A DNA stretch of 64,000 bases from Terriglobia bacterium (GTDB lineage Bacteria > Acidobacteriota > Terriglobia > 20CM-2-55-15): positions 96,001-160,000 of the forward strand of contig CAXWPJ010000012.1 in assembly GCA_963664115.2 (NCBI GenBank), in the 5' to 3' direction. Position numbers and translations under genes: made by a program. Below the pieces are notes generated by a model that saw only the letters and a list, made by a program, of their open reading frames with translations, ran no database searches and had not been told where the DNA came from. Below are positions 58,655 through 64,000 of the stretch, in pieces (the first letter of the stretch is position 1; each line of letters starts with the position of its first letter).

Positions 58655-60355
58655 ATGTCTCAAGACCTTCGCGCTGAGCTTTCAACGTCGTTAGCCGCAT
58701 CGGTCTTTCTTGCCTCGACATTGACCGTTTTTGGTCCGTATCACTCCTATGTAGCGAACTATACGGAATTGCCGGTACTCCTGAGGCACATCGTGCCGTA
58801 CCTTGCCGCACTATTTGGGCTCGTTGTCGTGGTGGTGTTGTCCGCTTTGTTTATCACGATCAAGCGCTCATGGCACCCTCGATTCGTCACCTTTGTATTT
58901 GCTCTGGCCCTGTTGATGTGGCTTCAAGGAAACATTTTTGTTTGGGATTACGGCGTCCTCAATGAAACCAACTTAAATTGGGAAAGATTCCGGATCATTG
59001 GCCTTGCCGAACTTGCCGCCTGGTATCTCGTGGCCAGGACGGCGTTCGTGTCGCTGGTTACGAGACAGAAGCTTATACGTGATCTCAGCATCGCCCTGAT
59101 CGTGGTTCAAAGCGTGGTGGTTTTGGCGGTTCAAATCCAGGGCGCACCGGATCCATATTGGCTCCGGACTGAGCTTGATACGGACCATGAATCAGCTTTC
59201 AGATATTCGCCGGATCAAAATGTGGTTCTCGTGGTTCTCGACGGCTTCCCATCCTTTGTATTTCAGCGCATTGTTGAAGAAGACCCAAGTTTCGGTGAAA
59301 TCTTTAATGGTTTTACCTACTTTCGGAACGCCGTCTCCGGCTATCCGTTTACGATGGGATCGGTTCCAAATATATTGACCGGACAGTTCTTTGATAACTC
59401 CCAACCGTACCCGGACTTCGTCCGTGCCGCTTATGTCAATGACTCCCTCCCTTCAACGTTATCCGAACACGGGTACCAGGCCGACGCGTTCGAATTTCAG
59501 CTCACGACCGTTTTCAATCCTGTGTTCTCGAACAGCGTTCCAAGGCAGTTTTCTTCTACTCGTCGCGTCGAAAGTGTTGATCTTCTGCTCAGGATCACGG
59601 CGTTCCGGTCCCTTCCACATTATTTGAAGAGCATGATTCCGATATTCGATTTGCAGAATCCGATGGGGTTGAGTGAGACTGAGGCGCCGCTCGACCTGAT
59701 TAATTCTGTTGTCGACCGACTGTACGTGGATGGGCCGGGACCCACCTTTAAGTTCTATCACCTCCTGATTCCCCACGAACCATTCAGCCTTAACGAAGAT
59801 CTTGAGCTTGAGTCATTAGAGAACGATACTCTCGGCTTCGTCAGACACTCGACTGCAGCACTCAGGCTGATGGAACGTTTGCTGGATGTCCTGCAGAACT
59901 CTGGTATCTATGACAACACGTTGTTGTTGATTGTGGGGGACCACGGCTACCCAACAGAACTGGGTCCGCCGCTTGATTCTCTGGAGCCCGCCATCGGTGA
60001 TTTGAATCCTGCGTTTTTTCGGGCGCTGCCTTTGGTTCTGGCAAAACCTTTAGGGTCCACCGGCCCGCTCAAAGTGTCGGACGCACCAGTGCACCTTATG
60101 GACATTCCCAGGACGGTGCTTACAGCAGTTGGAATTGAGAACGACGCTCCAGGGTTATCGATGTTTCAGTCTGACGTAGTAGACGGTCGAGTCCGCCGGT
60201 TTCTCCTGCACGACTGGGAACCGGGGACAACTGGAAGGCACCGCGAATGGGAGTCACGGCTTTATATGCCCCCACTCAGGGAGTTTTTCGTTGACGGGTT
60301 CAGCTGGTCGGGTGCTGCCTGGAGGAGTTCGGGGTCGACGTTTGAGCGTGATTGA
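58655..60355 (+). CDS. Membrane-anchored sulfatase/alkaline-phosphatase-superfamily protein (LTA-synthase/phospho-transferase-like)
   Basis: About five N-terminal TMs, VVLVVLDGF, PFTMGS (Thr at the nucleophile position), HLLIPHEPF, GDHG. Confidence 0.82.
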   Translation: MSQDLRAELSTSLAASVFLASTLTVFGPYHSYVANYTELPVLLRHIVPYLAALFGLVVVVVLSALFITIKRSWHPRFVTFVFALALLMWLQGNIFVWDYGVLNETNLNWERFRIIGLAELAAWYLVARTAFVSLVTRQKLIRDLSIALIVVQSVVVLAVQIQGAPDPYWLRTELDTDHESAFRYSPDQNVVLVVLDGFPSFVFQRIVEEDPSFGEIFNGFTYFRNAVSGYPFTMGSVPNILTGQFFDNSQPYPDFVRAAYVNDSLPSTLSEHGYQADAFEFQLTTVFNPVFSNSVPRQFSSTRRVESVDLLLRITAFRSLPHYLKSMIPIFDLQNPMGLSETEAPLDLINSVVDRLYVDGPGPTFKFYHLLIPHEPFSLNEDLELESLENDTLGFVRHSTAALRLMERLLDVLQNSGIYDNTLLLIVGDHGYPTELGPPLDSLEPAIGDLNPAFFRALPLVLAKPLGSTGPLKVSDAPVHLMDIPRTVLTAVGIENDAPGLSMFQSDVVDGRVRRFLLHDWEPGTTGRHREWESRLYMPPLREFFVDGFSWSGAAWRSSGSTFERD

Positions 60356-60425
60356 ACTATCGGTGCTCTTCTAAACCAAGCAACAACTTGGTGCCACAGA
60401 ACCAGGCAAAGCCGGGGCAGTGACT

Positions 60426-60527
60426 CGCGCGACGGCCTGCGGCCGCGCGCAGGTTGACATAACACCCATACGGCGACCATGCCCGTGCTGCAATAGATCT
60501 CAGACACTGCTTAAACCGCTTATCCGC
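60426..60527 (-). repeat. 102-bp inverted repeat E (right of the sulfatase-like gene)
   Basis: Inverted partner of 58207-58308; GGTTGACATAA at 60452-60462. Confidence 0.9.
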
Positions 60528-60729
60528 CACCTGACGTCAGCCCTCTGCAGGCATTGCCAGCACGCAGGAATTTCTATTGACGTTGGACAGCCGGGGTCAC
60601 TTGGCCGTATTAACGTCAGTTTTGTATCGGAGATGGTCCGGCACCGACAGTGACAAAAAATGATGCCGGGGCATGTCGGATAGAATGGTTTGAAGTGAGG
60701 CGCAGGCGCGGCCGGGAACGAGAAGACCT

Positions 60730-60877
60730 ATGGGTTTTCAATCCATGGATTGGAGGCTGAATCGGGGAGACGCAGTGATGGTGGGGGGTGGTTGTAGCGG
60801 AAGAATGGGTTTTCAATCCATGGATTGGAGGCTGAATCGGGGAGACGCAGTGATGGTGGGGGGTGGTTGTAGCGGAA
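60730..60877. repeat. Tandem duplication, 75-bp period
   Basis: 73 identical bases at 60730-60802 and 60805-60877. Confidence 0.95.
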
Positions 60878-61016
60878 AATCACTGTCGATCGCCCGAGTG
60901 GGGTGGGTTGGATATAGCGAAAGGGCACTTGAGCACGCGTGTTTTTGGCGTCTGGACACACTTCGGCGATGCAGTCTGGACGACCGCGTTGGGCTGGAAT
61001 TGTTGAGTGTCGATGG

Positions 61017-62201
61017 CTACGCACTATCCTGAATTGGAACCTCCTTTGATTCGAGAGCGGCGAGCTGTGCCGCGGTTAATCGCTCGACCAGACGCATCGG
61101 TCCCCGGCAGATCGGACACGGTGCCGGTGGGGTAGCACCCGCCTCGGACTCCGGCTCGGTGATGGACTCCTGACCTAAGAGGTGCCGACAGAGTTCCAGC
61201 ATCGTCTTGCGTTTCCGATTTGCCATCCATCCGTAGTACCGGATGCGGGGAAAGCCTTTCGGTAAGACATGCAGGAGGAATCGACGGAGGAACTCTTCGG
61301 GTTGGAGTGTCATTGTTCGTGGACGGCCATTGTGGCGATAGTCCTTCCAGCGGAATGTAACGCCGGATTGGTTGACATCGAGGATGCGATGATTCGAGAT
61401 GGCCACCCGATGGGTATAGCGGGCCAGGTACTGAAGGACGTGTTGGGGTCCGCCGAATGGTTCTTTGGCGTACACCACCCAGTTCCGATCCTTCAGATCG
61501 TCGAGGAACCGCTCGAAGGTGGATTCGGTGGCCAGTTCCAGACACTCCCCATGGAAAACGAGCGTCTTGTTTCCGAAGGCTTCGGCTAAACCGTCGAGAA
61601 ACTTTTCTCTGAAAACGTAGCTGAGCTTCTGGACCGGGAGGAAGAAGTCGGTCCGGGAGGAGTGGATCCACCGGTCGTGATCCGGGGACAGTCCGCCACC
61701 GGGAACCACACAGTGGATATGGGGATGGCGTTGCAGGGTTTGTCCCCAGGTATGCAGGATGCTGAGGAATCCGATCTCGCCGCCCAGATACCTGGGGTTT
61801 CGGGCCACTTCGATCAGCGCCGCCGCACTGGTTCGGAACAGAAGCGCATAGAGCACCTTCTTGTTCTGCCAGATCAATGGGATCAACTGATGGGGCAGGC
61901 TGAAGACCAGATGGAAGTATCCGATCGGTAGCAGTTCCTGTTGCCGTTTCTCGACCCAGGTGTTCCGCGCATTGGTCTGGCACTTCGGGCAGTGGCGGTT
62001 CCGGCACGAGTGGTAGACCAGCGTTTGGTGGCCACAGTGGTCGCATCGTTTCCGGTTCCCGCCCAGTGCGGCGGTCCGGCAATGGGTAATCGCGTTGAGG
62101 ACCTTGACCTGGGGCCAGGCCAGCGCTTTCAAATACCGTTGTCGGAATCGGTCTCCGACGATGCGAATCACGTCAGCCACCTCAAAGGGTGGCCGGCTCA
62201 C
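61017..62201 (-). CDS. IS91-family (Y2, HUH) rolling-circle transposase
   Basis: Zn domain CRT..C..C..SCRNRHCPKC, LHTWGQ..HPHIH, YLARYTHR, FLRRFLLHVLPKGF. Confidence 0.95.
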   Translation of the reverse strand: MSRPPFEVADVIRIVGDRFRQRYLKALAWPQVKVLNAITHCRTAALGGNRKRCDHCGHQTLVYHSCRNRHCPKCQTNARNTWVEKRQQELLPIGYFHLVFSLPHQLIPLIWQNKKVLYALLFRTSAAALIEVARNPRYLGGEIGFLSILHTWGQTLQRHPHIHCVVPGGGLSPDHDRWIHSSRTDFFLPVQKLSYVFREKFLDGLAEAFGNKTLVFHGECLELATESTFERFLDDLKDRNWVVYAKEPFGGPQHVLQYLARYTHRVAISNHRILDVNQSGVTFRWKDYRHNGRPRTMTLQPEEFLRRFLLHVLPKGFPRIRYYGWMANRKRKTMLELCRHLLGQESITEPESEAGATPPAPCPICRGPMRLVERLTAAQLAALESKEVPIQDSA

Positions 62202-63079
62202 TTCTTTGGATCCTTAACCACAGGTGAAAGCTTCAACTGATCCAGAGGATTGCGCGCGGTTCGAAGATGGCGCCGGGACAGTTGCAGGTAGAGCGTGGTA
62301 TCGCTGAGCCGACTGTGTCCCATCAAGAGCTGGATCGTGCGCAAGTCGGTCCCGGACTCTAGCAGGTGGGTCGCGAAGCTGTGCCGTAGCGTGTGCGGAC
62401 CGATCCTCTGGGTCAGACCCGCACGCTGGGCGGCCCCATGAACGGCATGCCAGACCACCTTGTCCGAGATCGGAGCATCCGTGCCCCGGTGTCCTGCACT
62501 GCTGTGAAACAGATAGACCTCGGGCTTTTTCAATAACCAGTACCCCCGTAACGCTTCAAGCAGATTGCGACTCAACGGGACATCCCGGTCCCGACGCCCT
62601 TTCCCGTCGCGGATATGCACCAGCATCCGTTCACTGTCGATGTCGGCCACCTTCAACACGGCGGCTTCGGCCCGTCGCATCCCGGTCCCGTAGAGCACCA
62701 TCAGGATGGCCCGGTGCATCGGACTCAATGCGGCTTGGATCAACCGGCGGACTTCAGACGGACCCAGGATCGTGGGTAGTTTCCGCGCACTCTTGGGCAT
62801 GGGCAGATCATCCAGTTCCAGATCCGCACGTCGCAGCAGCACCTTCTTGTAAAGGAATCGTATCGCCGAGGTCCGCATCCCGACCGTACTCGCCGCCAGC
62901 TTCTTTTCGGTCAGTAAGTACAGCTGAAAACGCCGTACCTCCTCGGCTCCCATCAAGGCCGGAGACTTGCCGAAGTAATTCGCGAATTGTTCGACTGCCA
63001 GAATGTAGCCACGACTCGTGGCCGGGGAATAGTTCCGTCGCTGGAGTTCCTCCAGCATCCGTTCTCGTAGTTGGGTCAT
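62198..63079 (-). CDS. Tyrosine recombinase/integrase with N-terminal SAM-like domain
   Basis: TGMRRAE, GKGRRDR, HTLRHSFATHLLE, LMGH, TTLY: R-K-H-R-H-Y intact; stop overlaps the transposase start. Confidence 0.95.
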   Translation of the reverse strand: MTQLRERMLEELQRRNYSPATSRGYILAVEQFANYFGKSPALMGAEEVRRFQLYLLTEKKLAASTVGMRTSAIRFLYKKVLLRRADLELDDLPMPKSARKLPTILGPSEVRRLIQAALSPMHRAILMVLYGTGMRRAEAAVLKVADIDSERMLVHIRDGKGRRDRDVPLSRNLLEALRGYWLLKKPEVYLFHSSAGHRGTDAPISDKVVWHAVHGAAQRAGLTQRIGPHTLRHSFATHLLESGTDLRTIQLLMGHSRLSDTTLYLQLSRRHLRTARNPLDQLKLSPVVKDPKK

Positions 63080-63187
63080 AAGACACCTCCTTATGACCGC
63101 TACTTTATGGGACAGACTCTATCTGCTGTACGCCGACTCCGAGCGCCTGCGGCTTAGTTCAAACCGGCTATACGAAGAACCCTCGCC

Positions 63188-63231
63188 ATTCTCAACGCCT
63201 GATAAATCATTGTCGGACACTGAGAATTGGC
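63188..63231. repeat. Palindromic site C
   Basis: ATTCTCAACGCCTGATAAATCATTGTCGGACACTGAGAATTGGC; inverted near-copy of 53983-54027. Confidence 0.8.
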
Positions 63232-63328
63232 CGTGACCGAACAGGATCACAACTTCCTTGCTTATAACCCCTACCTGTAGTTAGATTTATCCAACTTTTT
63301 CACGTTTCGTTTCGGTAAACAATAATTT

Positions 63329-63353
63329 ATGGAATCTGGCACCAAACTAGGCC
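63329..63353 (+). pseudogene. Ser/Thr kinase 5' remnant 3, interrupted by IS1380
   Basis: ATGGAATCTGGCACCAAACTAGGCC, 24 of 25 identical to 54103-54127 (MESGTKLG). Confidence 0.75.
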
Positions 63354-64000
63354 CTGAACAAGCGTGATTGACGAGGAAATGATAGTGCAATAAGAGCGGA
63401 AGTACCCGAAATGCCCCCTCTCCGTGCGAAAAAAACCTTGAACAGATTCTTCGGAAAAGGAGGCATTTCAGATGAACGATTATACGCGCAAGAACATGAG
63501 GAACCGCAAGCGGCGAATCGAACGTCGGCTTGGGGACCGGCATTGGACGGATCAGGTAGAGCCGATGTTTTCGGCGAGCAACATTCAGTACGAGATGGGA
63601 GAGCGGACGCGGGGCACATCGGTTGGTGGTATCGGGACGATGCAACTGGTGGCGCGGCGGACCGGGCTGATCGAAGCCATCGACAAGGGCGTGCATGTGT
63701 TGAAGCGGCACCTGCCGTATCACGAGTCGGATCACGTGCTGAACATCGCCTACAACGCCTTGAGCGGAGGAACGTGCCTGGAAGACATCGAACTGCGGCG
63801 CAACGATGCGGTGTATCTGGATGCGCTGGGAGCGCAACGGATTCCGGATCCGACGACGGCGGGAGACTTCTGCCGGAGATTCGAGGCCGACGACGTGGAG
63901 TGTCTGATGGAGGCAACCAATCAAGTCCGGCTCGGAGTCTGGCGACAGCAACCGGCGGCGTTTTTCGAAGAAGCGGTGTTGGACGCGGACGGGACACTGG
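63352..64000 (+). mobile_element. IS1380-family element, left part; transposase starts at 63472 and runs off the window
   Basis: Begins CC(C)TGAACAAG; RBS AGGAGG; translation includes LKRHLPYHESDHVLNIAYN..CLEDIE..ALGAQRIPDPTTAGDFCRRF. Confidence 0.85.

Larger units (their letters stand above)
60687..63165 (-). mobile_element. Two-gene element: tyrosine recombinase + IS91-family transposase, bounded by 23-bp inverted repeats
   Basis: GGTTTGAAGTGAGGCGCAGGCGC (60687-60709) versus the reverse complement of 63143-63165, GGTTTGAACTAAGCCGCAGGCGC, 20 of 23 identical. Confidence 0.8.

Noticed and set aside
60730-60877. CRISPR array
   Set aside because: Only two adjacent 73-bp copies, with no spacers and no cas genes.
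61024-62082. 352-aa alternative-frame ORF inside the IS91 transposase
   Set aside because: Pro/Arg/Ser-rich with no motifs, as expected for an off-frame reading of GC-rich coding DNA.
53983-63231. Integron with attC cassettes
   Set aside because: The sites occur in inverted pairs and lack RYYYAAC/GTTRRRY boundaries. The 293-aa recombinase is coupled to an IS91 transposase and shows no obvious IntI-specific insertion.

Overview
A 64-kb bacterial chromosome segment, GC-rich by eye. Gene content suggests Acidobacteriota (inference). It has three zones. (1) 1-41.7 kb: core housekeeping and envelope genes, including an Opp-type ABC system, coaX-birA-nadC-valS, a RomR-like receiver protein, bamD, rpe, fmt/def, aroC, mlaEFD, greA, a Lol-like operon, a heterodimeric ABC exporter, an ECF sigma/anti-sigma/Spy-like triad, a TonB receptor, hpt, a GAF-PP2C and suhB. 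Two intergenic gaps (13.3 and 19.1 kb) hold paralogous ~200-nt structured elements with covarying hairpins and GGA loops, a candidate new CsrB/RsmZ-like sRNA family. (2) 42-53.6 kb: a cluster of mostly exported enzymes, including three B3-like metallo-beta-lactamase-fold proteins, an amidohydrolase, an NHL/PAL protein, a dihaem cytochrome c, an LLM and a tannase-family lipoprotein that lacks its catalytic Ser. (3) 53.9-64 kb: a modular mobile island. It carries three related palindromic sites, each followed by a 5' stub of a Ser/Thr kinase gene, plus an FMO and a sulfatase-like membrane gene bracketed by 102-bp inverted repeats with Xer-like arms. It also carries an IS3 with a 10-bp target duplication, an IS66 remnant, an IS1380, and a tyrosine recombinase + IS91-transposase element that unexpectedly has terminal inverted repeats abutting XerC-like arms. 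No rRNA, convincing tRNA or CRISPR array was seen. All calls come from motif reading by eye; no database search was run.
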